Assembly (NCBI GenBank): GCA_965216295.1
Contig: OZ244141.1
Location: forward strand, 161,819-225,818
Reading direction: 5' to 3'
Source of the DNA: Minisyncoccota bacterium
Lineage (GTDB): Bacteria > Patescibacteriota > Minisyncoccia > Phycocordibacterales > JABAAK01
Length of the DNA: 64,000 bases
The notes below the pieces were generated by a model, which saw nothing but the letters and a program-made list of their open reading frames with translations, was not told where the DNA came from and did not search any database. The translations under genes were made by a program, and so were the position numbers. Below, one piece after another: positions 39,901 through 48,729 of this stretch; the stretch's first letter is position 1; each line of letters begins with the position of its first letter.

Positions 39901-40435
39901 CGGTCCAGACAGTGTCCATCTCTGTCACTGGGAAGAGGAGATGCCCATTGATCGGGGTGTTATTGAAAAGACGGAAACTATTCGTTCGATTGTTTCAAAA
40001 GCACACGAACAACGTTCATCAGCGGGCATTAAAGTACGGCAACCGCTTGCTCTTTTGGAGGTTCCTACAACACTGCGCCTCGATTCTGATACCAAAACAC
40101 TTCTACAAGATGAGGTGAATGTGAAGGAAGTGCGACACGGAAAACAGACTGCACTTGATATCACGATAACGCAAGCACTGCAGAGTGAGGGATTTGCACG
40201 GGAGTTTATTCGTAAAGTACAAGATCTTCGAAAAGAGTTAGCGTACAAACCGCTTGATCACATTGCGACACTCACCATCGCAGGACCGTCTGTGGTGATA
40301 GAGCAGCTGCGACAACACGAGACACTCATTGCAACCATAACAAGAGCAAAAGGCATATCGTATGCACCAACTGCCAAACACACCTTCTCTCTTAATGATC
40401 TTCTCGTCAGTGTTTCGCTTGAGCAAGGGAGGTAG
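36905..40435 (+). CDS. ileS: Isoleucine--tRNA ligase (type 2-like) with inserted histidine phosphatase domain
   Basis: DGPPFATGLPHYGH, WGWDCHGLP, WTTTPWTL, EGLDQTRGWFY and KMSKR; insert FVRHGE...VTH. Confidence 0.95.
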   Translation: MGNTERDTPQEEKQTNPTTRRELATLAFWKKEKLFEKSQRGLSPKGWFATVRERLFGKRRFVFYDGPPFATGLPHYGHLLASVIKDAVPRYWTMRGYRVDRRWGWDCHGLPLEVEIEKRLGLRNKREIQEYGIDAFNAHAREAIGTYESEWKKVIARIGRWVDMENDYKTVTTDYIESVWHIFHTLHTRGCVYQGRKVLHFCPRCSTTLSNNEVADCYQDTDDTAVYVTFPLTDDPTTHFVAWTTTPWTLFGNAALVVHKDLSYAYVKKGENRFIVHEKQAHVIANGTVEKVVSGDTLVGLSYTPLYKGVYTGEESGTWKVYHAPFVDAETGTGIVHIAPAYGEDDLQVARKHHLPVTHHIDENGQFMDSVQELVGQSPKSKGRDEEVTQKIITVLNRHGRILKEEVMQHSYPFCWRCDTPLLHYATTSWFIDVPKYRNAMVAANKNIRWVPSHIRDGRFGNWVANAKEWAVSRPRFWGAPIPAWKSASGKHLIIDSLETMMNHMRSKNTYIFVRHGECQGNEEGYYNCLPNEKNILTKRGRRQAFVAGQKLKAHNPTMIIASPATRTRQTAAIIQETLEVPVREDPAVCEIQAPFFDGKSITKFVTTMRERVKQDGIEGAPSGGESYVAVYCRVEKFLRTLEQTHTGETIVIVTHKSCVTAAKMIAAGRYPNTSFYLSSESRKPLWRIPNCEVAQIPYRLVHRDADGAVDLHRPFIDTVVLYDSDGESYHHVGSVFDCWFESGSMPYASNHYPFALRETKSVFNPKTKTGFPADFIAEGLDQTRGWFYNLLAIGVGAFDVAPYKNVVVFGLIRAADGKKMSKRLKNYTDPNLLIDRYGADALRHYFLASPVVRGEDIDFKDDSVAEIHRKVYLRLDNCLHFYTTYSTLPHQRRTEGTSQSTHLLDRFILSRVADMHRQVSRGFSNYELDGATSAIAPFIEDLSAWYLRRSRDRLRSETADGVAARETLWRTLFITAKTIAPIAPLYAEHLYQALGVKGGPDSVHLCHWEEEMPIDRGVIEKTETIRSIVSKAHEQRSSAGIKVRQPLALLEVPTTLRLDSDTKTLLQDEVNVKEVRHGKQTALDITITQALQSEGFAREFIRKVQDLRKELAYKPLDHIATLTIAGPSVVIEQLRQHETLIATITRAKGISYAPTAKHTFSLNDLLVSVSLEQGR

Positions 40436-40444
40436 TGTCTACAT

Positions 40445-41044
40445 ATGGGAAACGGCTACAGTATCGTGACAACGAAAGCGTTCGTTTTGAAAACCAAACC
40501 AATCGGTGAGGCAGATCGACTTGTTGTTCTTTTCTCTCAAAAGCTCGGTAAAATTACTATCTATGCCAAGAGTGTTCGGCTTGGCAAGAGCAAACTCAAA
40601 CCATTTGCCTATCCATACCGTTACGGTATCTTTGACATCATCGTTGGTAAAAAGTACATTCTCAAAGATGCTCGGTGCCTTGATTGTTTTGATGAGATAT
40701 GGCGCAATCAGAATCGTTACGGTATCTTTGTTTCTCTCCTCCGTAATGTTGATATGTTCATTGAAGGAGTAGAGGTAAACACAAACATTTTTGATAGTAT
40801 TGAAAAAACTACCACCTATCTGCAACAGCAACCTGTCTCCCAACTTGCCGCACAGCACACACCGATTGTTACTGTGTTTCAATTTTTGGTACTTCAAGAA
40901 CTCGGTTGTGTTGATTGGGGAAATAGCATAGGGATGTCTTTTTTGCAATTGGTAACTGAGGTAGCGACACGAACAGCAACTGGCAGGTACCTTGAAGAAC
41001 AGGTGAATGCTTATCTACTAACACAACACGTTGGAGGACGGTAG
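40445..41044 (+). CDS. recO: DNA repair protein RecO (N-terminal OB domain recognisable)
   Basis: AFVLKTKPIGEADRLVVLFSQKLGKI...AKSVR..KSKL. Confidence 0.8.
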   Translation: MGNGYSIVTTKAFVLKTKPIGEADRLVVLFSQKLGKITIYAKSVRLGKSKLKPFAYPYRYGIFDIIVGKKYILKDARCLDCFDEIWRNQNRYGIFVSLLRNVDMFIEGVEVNTNIFDSIEKTTTYLQQQPVSQLAAQHTPIVTVFQFLVLQELGCVDWGNSIGMSFLQLVTEVATRTATGRYLEEQVNAYLLTQHVGGR

Positions 41045-41104
41045 AAAAAGGACAACCATATCTTTACATATTGTGTTTTTGGTGTTGTTGTGTTATCATT
41101 TATT

Positions 41105-41455
41105 GGAGGGTTAGTGGTGAATGTTGTGATTGAATCTGTGTGTCATTTTTTATGGTTCGGATGTAATAGTTCGAAAGGGGTGTAATGACACCTTGTATTT
41201 GTTTGCGAATGAAAAGGGACGAAGTTTTTTCTTTATTGAGATTTTCTTGGTTACCTTTCTTAGTGAGCAATGGATGATGTGGAGCAGTTTTTTCTCTTTT
41301 CCTACCCGGCATGGTTTGAGAGTTCTGTGGGAATGATTTTGTATCCATTAGATTTAGATTTAAATGAGACTTTGCCAGAGTCTTTAGCTTTAGCGAACCC
41401 CACACTGTTCGCCTGACCCCTCTTTGGTGGCACGATTCGCGTCGTGCCACTTTTT
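41105..41455 (+). ncRNA. Putative structured ncRNA (unit 0)
   Basis: TTGTGT-17-TATCAT upstream; 5' ggagggttagtggtgaat pairs with 3' gttcgcctgacccctct; terminator gtggcacga-ttcgcg-tcgtgccac-ttttt; shares a 17/18-nt motif with unit 4. Confidence 0.5.
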
Positions 41456-41541
41456 ATTCTCGTGAGTTTCAACAAAAAAGACCAAATTATATAGTATATA
41501 TACAGATTTTATATGTACTTCTCTGTTTTCTATATGGTTAG

Positions 41542-41570
41542 TTGACAAGTTAGATGTAGTATGGTAGTAT
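41542..41570 (+). promoter_or_regulatory. Sigma70 promoter TTGACA-17-TAGTAT with extended -10 (identical in units 1, 2, 4, 5; CAAACT in unit 3)
   Basis: ttgaca agttagatgtagtatgg tagtat. Confidence 0.8.
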
Positions 41571-41576
41571 ATACAC

Positions 41577-41870
41577 AGTTGCTAAACAGATGCTTATAGC
41601 ATATTGATTTGGTAACAGTACAGAATATATAGATTACCGGGTGGAATAGAGGGGTAGTTAAGAAATGTATTAAAACACAATAATATAAAATTGACGTGCA
41701 AGAAATTGTGTAGTCAAGAGTTTGTATTGAGAGATGGTTACTGCTGTGGTGGCGTAGTTATTTTTAGGTTTTGATATATAGAATTTTTCATAGTTGAAAT
41801 ATTCGGCTACCCTTTTAGCCCCATTAAACGAAGGAATCCAAAAGGACAGCACACAATGCTGTCCTTTTTT
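41577..41870 (+). ncRNA. Putative structured ncRNA, array unit 1
   Basis: 5' hairpin gttgctaaa..tttggtaac; closing helix 41648-41659/41805-41815; covaries with unit 2; no sizeable sense ORF. Confidence 0.62.
41840..41870 (+). terminator. Intrinsic terminator repeated in all five units
   Basis: aaaaggacagca-cacaa-tgctgtcctttttt; unit 4 carries a compensatory G-C to A-T change. Confidence 0.85.
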
Positions 41871-42009
41871 CATGCAGTGGTGAGAAGTATTTGTGAGATC
41901 TAACCATATGTAATACACCACATTCCAGAATATACAAGGATTTTCAACACATTGCTATCCTCCTAAGAGGGGGGTTGACAAGTTAGATGTAGTATGGTAG
42001 TATATACAC

Positions 42010-42301
42010 AGTTGCTAAACAGATGCTTATAGCATATTGATTTGGTAACAGTACAGAATATATAGATTGCCGGGTAGAAAAAGAAGGGTAGTTAGGAGGT
42101 ATATTAAAACACAACAGCAAATATTGACGTGCAAAAATAGAGTGCGGTCAAGAGTTATGTTGAGAGATGATTACGGCTGTGGCGGCGGTAGTTATTTTTA
42201 GGTTTTGATATATAGAGTTTTTCATAAGAGAGACTCACTACCCTTTGGGCCCCATTAAACGAAGGAATCCAAAAGGACAGCACACAATGCTGTCCTTTTT
42301 T
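42010..42301 (+). ncRNA. Putative structured ncRNA, array unit 2 (diverged paralog of unit 1)
   Basis: Same helices as unit 1 with compensatory changes (caata/tattg vs caaca/tgttg). Confidence 0.62.
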
Positions 42302-42439
42302 CATGCAGTGGTGAGAAGTATTTGTGAGATCTAACCATATGTAATACACCACATTCCAGAATATACAAGGATTTTCAACACATTGCTATCTTCCTAGGAG
42401 GGGGTTGACAAGCTACACGTAATATGGCAAACTATACAC

Positions 42440-42665
42440 AGTTACTGATACTGATATCGTAACAACTCAAACAGTAAGTTTGAGCTTCACTGAGAGATGG
42501 GTACGAGGGGCAGTGCGTAACGCTGTCCCTCTTCCCTCTTTGATTAAAAAAACGTTGAGACATAAGATTTAGTGTTTGGTATTGATTGCACATACACGAT
42601 CTCAATTATCCTTCCACTTTTAGTGAAGGAATCCAAAAGGACAGCACACAATGCTGTCCTTTTTT
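42440..42665 (+). ncRNA. Putative structured ncRNA, array unit 3
   Basis: Hairpins ctcaaac/gtttgag and gaggggcag..ctgtccctc; 3' half shared with unit 4. Confidence 0.55.
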
Positions 42666-42804
42666 CATGCAGTGGTGAGAAGTATTTGTGAGATCTAACC
42701 ATATGTAATACACCACATTTCAGAATATACAAGGATTTTCAACACATTGCTATCTTCCTAGGAGGGGGGTTGACAAGTTAGATGTAGTATGGTAGTATAT
42801 ACAC

Positions 42805-43207
42805 AGTTGCTAAACAGATGCTTATAGCATATTGATTTGGTATACGTAGAATTACAAAAGAATGTCGGGTGGGATAAGGATGATTGAAAAAATATATTGA
42901 AACGAGGGCAAATTGACAGACATGCAGTGATAAAAAGCAGGACGTAATAGTTCGAAATATGTGTAGTGCAAATTACATAGTATGGTAGCGTAAATTACAG
43001 GAAGCAGTCGAATTTGTTTTAAGATAATGGCAATTGTCTTATTAACTATATTAAAAAAACGTTGAGATATAAGGTTTTAGTGTTTGGTGTTGATTGATAT
43101 CTTGCCACACAATTGGTGAGTATTGATTGCACATACACAGGCCTCAATCGTCCTTCCACTTTTAGTGAAGGAATTCAAAAAGACAGCATACAGTGCTGTC
43201 TTTTTTT
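42805..43207 (+). ncRNA. Putative structured ncRNA, array unit 4
   Basis: Closing helix aaggatgattga (42876) / tcaatcgtcctt (43144); GNRA-capped taagataat-ggca-attgtctta. Confidence 0.6.
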
Positions 43208-43346
43208 CATGCAGTGGTGAGAAATGTTTGTGAGATCTAACCATATGTAATACACCACATTCCAGAATATGCAAGGATTTTCAACACATTGCTACCCTCC
43301 TAGGAGGGGGGTTGACAAGTTAGATGTAGTATGGTAGTATATACAC

Positions 43347-43695
43347 AGTTGCTGAATTGATTGTAATGTTGCGTTTCATTCATATTGTTCTGAGGCGGTT
43401 GAGGTATAATATGGAGAGAGACGAGAAAACAACATTCTCATTTGGCATAACGTGCGGTAGCGTGGACAGCGCGTAAAAGAAGGGCAGAGTGTCTACATAC
43501 GATCAGAGCTATAGAAGAGTGGGCTTCTTCTATAATGCGTAAAACTGTGTACAGAGTAACGAGTCGGTTGGACGTTACTTTGAAGTGTGTGGTAAAAGAT
43601 AATATAGAGATTTAAAAGATCCTCTATCCTATCAAACTCTGCCTTGCTCAAAGGCAAAAATAATTATAAGGACAGCATATATGCTGTCCTTTTTT
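43347..43695 (+). ncRNA. Putative structured ncRNA, array unit 5 (unique body)
   Basis: Closing helix aagggcagagt (43480) / actctgcctt (43636); hairpins tatagaaga/tcttctata and agtaacg/cgttact. Confidence 0.58.
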
Positions 43696-43750
43696 CATGC
43701 AGTGAGAAACACCCTCGGAGTCTTATTATGTTTGGTACACTGTCACAGGT

Positions 43751-45625
43751 ATGCGATTGCGAGATGTAGATAGAAACTTGAACTACGACAAGTCAAAAAA
43801 AGTTGCTCAACAGAAGAGGCGATTAAGTCCGCGCAAGACAGCAATTTCTACTTCATGGCATAGGACACAAGAAAAAACACCAGGTTCAAAATTGTTGGGA
43901 CTCATACTTCTTTTAGCAGTCACTTTTTTTTCCATAGCCGTTGTTGTTGCCATTTTTATACAAATTGCTGGTTTGGATAAATCTATTTCACCATCAAAGA
44001 TAAATATCATCGTTCAGGGACCAATCACTGCAGTCAGTGATGAGGACATACCATTGATAATACGAGTGGTCAATCGTAACTCGGTTACTCTGGAGGTGCC
44101 AAAATTAATTGTTGATTATCCAGACGGCACATATACCAGTACTAGCAAATCAAACCCTTTGCGAACACAAGAAATTCCACTTGATGATATTGAGAGTAAT
44201 GGGTTTGTTGAACATCTATTCAATCAGCGATTTTTTGGAGAAGAGGGTGAAGAAAAAAACCTCAAGTTGACACTAGAGTATCGTGTTCCAGGATCATATT
44301 CTGTCTATCGTTCAGAAACAACAGTACACACCATCGCATTGCGAGGTGACACTGTTTCAATTACCAAACCATCCCTTACTCGTGCCGTCTCTGGCAAAGA
44401 GTTGAAGATTTCCTTTAGTGTGACATCTCGAGTGAGTTTCACACTCCCTTCTGTCGTTGTTCGTGTACGGTACCCCGCTGGTTTCGTACCATTGCAAGAG
44501 TCAACAGATGCGGTGAAGACGGCGTGGACCTTTACTGACTTCCCCGGAGGTGCGACTAAAAATATACAAGTTACAGGAATTATTCGTGGTGAGCCAGGTG
44601 TGCGACAAACGTTTGTCGCTGAAGTATTTGCATCCCCAGCTATCAAGGATGTGAATGCCGTTCGTGTTGCCAAGCAAAGTGAAGAGATTCTCATTGAAAA
44701 ATCATTTCTTCGTGCAACAGTTCTTCTAGATGATTCTGAAAATGATACAATTGTCGTTTCACCCAAAGATACTGTTTCGGGCACAATACGGTGGCAAAAC
44801 GAAGAGACAACAGCGCTAAAAAACGTCACCTTGGTGGCAACAATAACAGGAACGGGATTGGATGAAAGTAGCGTTACAGTGATAAATGGCCATTATGATA
44901 TTAATAACAGTCAGATAGTGTGGGATCAAACGAAGTACAAAGAGTTTTTAAGCATCAATCCTAACCAATTTGGCGAACTATCATTTTCTTTCAAAATACT
45001 TCCCTCACGGATAGAGTTTGCGTCGGAGAATAAATACGTTACTGTATCAATCTCTGCGATGGCTAACAGGGTAGGTTATGATTTTGTTGATAGCATTAGT
45101 GATATAGAGGAGAAGACGGTGAGGGTACGAAGTGCCGTTCAGATAAGTAGTACGACTCTCCATGAAACAAGTCGTGTAGCAAATGCAGGTTCTCTACCAC
45201 CACGGGTTGGTCAAGAGACAACATATGTTCTGCATTATTTCATCAAGAACGACGGTAATATACTCAGCGATGCAGTGCTCACCATACCGCTTTCCAATCA
45301 CGTTACTTTCACTGGTGTGGTAGATGGTGTGAGTACAAAAAACTTTCAATACAACACAGACAAACACACCATTACTATTACGATTCCTCAGATAGATGCC
45401 TTCGGCACGAATGCGAGTAGTTCTGTTGAAGTACAAGTGAGTCTCATACCAAAGAGTACTGATGTTGGTCATGAAGTTCCTTTGGTAGGGAAGGCAACAT
45501 TCATTGCACAAGATGAGTTTGTTAACAGAAAGTATCAAGGCACATTCTCAGAACTTACCACCCGTCTGACAACCGAATCAAATAATAGAGAAACCCGTTT
45601 GGTTCAAGAAGCAGAAGGGGGATAA
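43751..45625 (+). CDS. Membrane-anchored hypothetical protein with beta-rich (Ig-like) extracellular domains
   Basis: Single N-terminal TM followed by ~550 aa of beta-strand-like sequence. Confidence 0.7.
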   Translation: MRLRDVDRNLNYDKSKKVAQQKRRLSPRKTAISTSWHRTQEKTPGSKLLGLILLLAVTFFSIAVVVAIFIQIAGLDKSISPSKINIIVQGPITAVSDEDIPLIIRVVNRNSVTLEVPKLIVDYPDGTYTSTSKSNPLRTQEIPLDDIESNGFVEHLFNQRFFGEEGEEKNLKLTLEYRVPGSYSVYRSETTVHTIALRGDTVSITKPSLTRAVSGKELKISFSVTSRVSFTLPSVVVRVRYPAGFVPLQESTDAVKTAWTFTDFPGGATKNIQVTGIIRGEPGVRQTFVAEVFASPAIKDVNAVRVAKQSEEILIEKSFLRATVLLDDSENDTIVVSPKDTVSGTIRWQNEETTALKNVTLVATITGTGLDESSVTVINGHYDINNSQIVWDQTKYKEFLSINPNQFGELSFSFKILPSRIEFASENKYVTVSISAMANRVGYDFVDSISDIEEKTVRVRSAVQISSTTLHETSRVANAGSLPPRVGQETTYVLHYFIKNDGNILSDAVLTIPLSNHVTFTGVVDGVSTKNFQYNTDKHTITITIPQIDAFGTNASSSVEVQVSLIPKSTDVGHEVPLVGKATFIAQDEFVNRKYQGTFSELTTRLTTESNNRETRLVQEAEGG

Positions 45626-45657
45626 GAAATATTCGTGTGTGGTACAATAATGGACAA

Positions 45658-46707
45658 ATGCAGAACTATATGAGGATTAGTATTACAGGAGGGACCATTG
45701 CGATGATAGTATTTACGATACTACTCTTGTGGCTTATCTATGAGGTGCGTAGTTTAGTCCCAATTCTTATCAGTGCAGTTGTTTTTGCCGCAGCGTTTGA
45801 ACCAGGAAAACGCCTCATCATGCGATGCCGTATTCCAGCACCTATTGCTGTCGTCCTCCTCTACCTTTTTGTCTTTTTTGTCTTTTTCTTTCTCATTTCT
45901 GAGTTAGTGCCGATTATCATACAGCAGTACTCACTTTTTTTAGGTAATTTACCAACCATCATTGAGTATATTAAATCTATTACCACTGGTACTCCATTTC
46001 AGGACTTTGCATCACTACAAGGAGATCGTCTCGTATCGGCTACAGAAACATTATCTGAAACCGCGCGTGAGTTCGTTAGTGCTGCAGGAGGGGCACTCTT
46101 TTCATTCTTTAACGGTATCATTAACTTCTTCCTTTTTATCGTTCTCACCTTTCTGTTTACCCTCAACCCTAACGGAATAGACAATTTCTTTACCACCATC
46201 ACTCCTCGTAGTCACCGATCATATGTTGCAAGTCTCTTGAAGCGTACTCGAATCAAGATGGGTCTCTGGTTTAAAGGACAGATGGTTATCATCCTTATCA
46301 CCGGGGTTCTCACCTATTTCTCACTGCTTTTGTTAGGAGTTCCAAACGCCCTGTTCCTAGCATCATTTGCCGGCACAATGGAATTGATACCTATCTTTGG
46401 TCCAATTATCGCTGCTATACCAGCAATTCTCATGGCACTAACTCTTGGTGATACGACAGTGGTGCTTCTTGTGATTCTCCTCTTTATTTTAATCCAACAG
46501 TTTCAGAGCAATCTCATTTATCCTCTCATCGTTTCAAAAGCGGTTGGTGTACCAGCAGTTATTGTTATTCTTTCCATTTTCATCGGTGGCTCTATTGCTG
46601 GAGTTGTTGGTATCATTATCGCGGTACCAGTCGCTGCGATTGTTCAAGAATTATTCAACGATATACGCAGTAATACTATTGAAAAACATCTTGCTAAAAA
46701 ACAGTAA
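45658..46707 (+). CDS. AI-2E family transporter
   Basis: GQM...G, ELIPIFGP, QQFQSNLIYP and GIIIAVP; start at ATG 45658. Confidence 0.88.
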   Translation: MQNYMRISITGGTIAMIVFTILLLWLIYEVRSLVPILISAVVFAAAFEPGKRLIMRCRIPAPIAVVLLYLFVFFVFFFLISELVPIIIQQYSLFLGNLPTIIEYIKSITTGTPFQDFASLQGDRLVSATETLSETAREFVSAAGGALFSFFNGIINFFLFIVLTFLFTLNPNGIDNFFTTITPRSHRSYVASLLKRTRIKMGLWFKGQMVIILITGVLTYFSLLLLGVPNALFLASFAGTMELIPIFGPIIAAIPAILMALTLGDTTVVLLVILLFILIQQFQSNLIYPLIVSKAVGVPAVIVILSIFIGGSIAGVVGIIIAVPVAAIVQELFNDIRSNTIEKHLAKKQ

Positions 46708-46761
46708 CAGAGAGTGCGTGAATGGTCGTGTAGTATACTGTTTCGTAACAAAAAAATCGGC

Positions 46762-48195
46762 ATGACGCATTTCTATATCACCACGACACTGCCGTATGCC
46801 AATGCGGCACCACACTTAGGGCACGCGCTTGAGTTTGTGCAGGGTGATGTTCGTTCTCGCTTTGAACGTCTACGAGGGAAAGAGGTGTATTTCAATGTTG
46901 GGCTTGATGAGCACGGAACAAAGGTATATCAGTGTGCAAAGAAGGAAGGAGTTGCTCCAAAAGAATTTGTTGATACCATAGCGAAATCCTTTCAAGAACT
47001 AGTCACTAATTTAAAAATTCAACCAACTCGTTTTATACGAACCACCGATGCAGATCACTACCGTGCGGTTGAGGAGTTATGGAATCGTTGCAAAGAACGG
47101 GGGGATATATATACAAAAGAACACAAAGGGGACTACTGTGTTGGGTGTGAGTTATTTCTCTCTGACACAGACTTAGTGGCTGACAAAGATGGTACCCGAC
47201 AGTGCCCACTCCACCCCGGTAAAAAGCTAGAATATATCGCTGAGGAAAACTATTTTTTCAAACTTTCAAAGTATCAAGAACAACTACTCTCAGCATATCG
47301 AGAAACAGAGAACTTTGTCATTCCAAAGCATCGTCTCAATGAGCTCTGTTCATTTGTAGAATCTGGCTTGGAAGATGTCAGTATCTCTCGTTGCAAAAAA
47401 CGCCTTCCGTGGGGCGTTCCCGTCCCTGGTGACGCAAGTCAGACGGTGTATGTGTGGTTTGATGCACTGACAAACTACCTCACCACCATCGGTTGGCCAG
47501 ATGATCCTCATTGGGAGAAGTGGTGGCCAGTGGTACAGATTGCTGGAAAAGATAACCTTCGCCAGCAATGTGTTATTTGGCAGGCAATGCTTTTATCATT
47601 GGGCATTCATCCGTCAAAGACAGTCTACATTCATGGATTTTTAACATCACAGGGAAGAAAAATGAGTAAGACGGTGGGGAATGTGATACATCCAAACGAT
47701 TTATTAAAACGGTACGGGGCTGAATTTACCCGCCTCTACCTCACCAAACATGTTCACTCCTATGAAGACACGGACATCTCTTTCGAACATATACAGAAAG
47801 CTTATGAAGCAGATGCAGTCAACGAACTTGGCAATCTTGTTTCACGGATTATGAAAATGGCGGAAGAGCATCTCGATGGACAGACGGACGAGATGTATAC
47901 CAATACATTTGACGCGGAGTATTGTCAAGCATTAGAGCGGTTTGATTATCGAGAGGCAATAGGGTACGTTTGGCGAGAAGTGCAGAAGGTGAACAAACGC
48001 ATTACGACACGAGAACCATTCAAGTTAATCAAGAAAGATCCTCAAGCGGGAAAGGAAGAAATACGGCAGTTACTGAAAATTCTTTCACATATTGGCTACC
48101 ATCTCAAGCCATTTATGCCAGAGACCGCAGTGTGTATTGAGAAAGCAATTCGGGACAACAGAAAACCAGATTCACTGTTTCCTTCATTGCGGTAG
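46762..48195 (+). CDS. metG: Methionine--tRNA ligase
   Basis: FYITTTLPYANAAPHLGH, DEHG, YVWFDAL and KMSKT. Confidence 0.96.
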   Translation: MTHFYITTTLPYANAAPHLGHALEFVQGDVRSRFERLRGKEVYFNVGLDEHGTKVYQCAKKEGVAPKEFVDTIAKSFQELVTNLKIQPTRFIRTTDADHYRAVEELWNRCKERGDIYTKEHKGDYCVGCELFLSDTDLVADKDGTRQCPLHPGKKLEYIAEENYFFKLSKYQEQLLSAYRETENFVIPKHRLNELCSFVESGLEDVSISRCKKRLPWGVPVPGDASQTVYVWFDALTNYLTTIGWPDDPHWEKWWPVVQIAGKDNLRQQCVIWQAMLLSLGIHPSKTVYIHGFLTSQGRKMSKTVGNVIHPNDLLKRYGAEFTRLYLTKHVHSYEDTDISFEHIQKAYEADAVNELGNLVSRIMKMAEEHLDGQTDEMYTNTFDAEYCQALERFDYREAIGYVWREVQKVNKRITTREPFKLIKKDPQAGKEEIRQLLKILSHIGYHLKPFMPETAVCIEKAIRDNRKPDSLFPSLR

Positions 48196-48233
48196 TGTTG
48201 CTATTTCAATTGAAAAGTGGTATTTAACGGTAT

Positions 48234-48689
48234 ATGACAAAACAGGAACAGAGCGTCTACGAAGTTGGTGTACACCTCATACCATCACTCTCTGAGAACG
48301 AGGCGCAGACAACGTACCAAGAACTCTGCAAGGAAATTGAAAAAAATGCTGAGGTGATTGACAAGCAAGAACCAGAGAGTATGCAACTCGCCTACCCCAT
48401 ACGTCACCAAGTGCGTAAGGATGATGGTACCTACAGTATCTATGACACTTCATATTTCGCATCAGTGAAGTTTGTTACACCATCAGGGAAGATCAATGAG
48501 ATGGAGAAAAATCTCAAAGAACACAAATCTGTTTTGCGGTTTATTTTGATAACAACTACTTCAGAGAATACACGGATAGGTGATTTGCCAGGTGAGGATG
48601 AGGCAGAGGACGGTGAAGAAGGAGTGACAACACGTGAGAATAAATCCGAAACAGTTCCTTCTTCTCAGACCACAAAAGAGGGTGAGTAG
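48234..48689 (+). CDS. rpsF: 30S ribosomal protein S6
   Basis: YEV, LAYPI and VLRF; rpsF-ssb-rpsR synteny. Confidence 0.88.
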   Translation: MTKQEQSVYEVGVHLIPSLSENEAQTTYQELCKEIEKNAEVIDKQEPESMQLAYPIRHQVRKDDGTYSIYDTSYFASVKFVTPSGKINEMEKNLKEHKSVLRFILITTTSENTRIGDLPGEDEAEDGEEGVTTRENKSETVPSSQTTKEGE

Positions 48690-48729
48690 GCAAGTAGCGA
48701 AAAAAGGGCACTGATGGTAGAATGGAGTT

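Larger units (their letters stand above)
41542..43695 (+). repeat. Tandem array of five promoter-variable body-terminator cassettes with conserved ~105-bp linkers
   Basis: TTGACA at 41542, 41975, 42405, 42770 and 43312; terminators ending at 41870, 42301, 42665, 43207 and 43695; near-identical linker four times. Confidence 0.92.

Noticed and set aside
42167-42208. Sense mini-ORF MITAVAAVVIFRF in array unit 2
   Set aside because: The equivalent in unit 1 is frameshifted to stop after 7 codons, and the changes fit hairpin conservation better than coding.
41670-43274. Minus-strand ORFs of 62-83 aa (MVYYIWLD..., MYILKCGV...) as genes
   Set aside because: They run through the terminator hairpin, use different frames in different units and have no consistent length; they are by-products of the repeat.
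41542-43695. CRISPR array interpretation of the repeat region
   Set aside because: Repeats are ~170-210 bp, variable parts are 200-350 bp and partly homologous to each other, and no cas genes are in the window.
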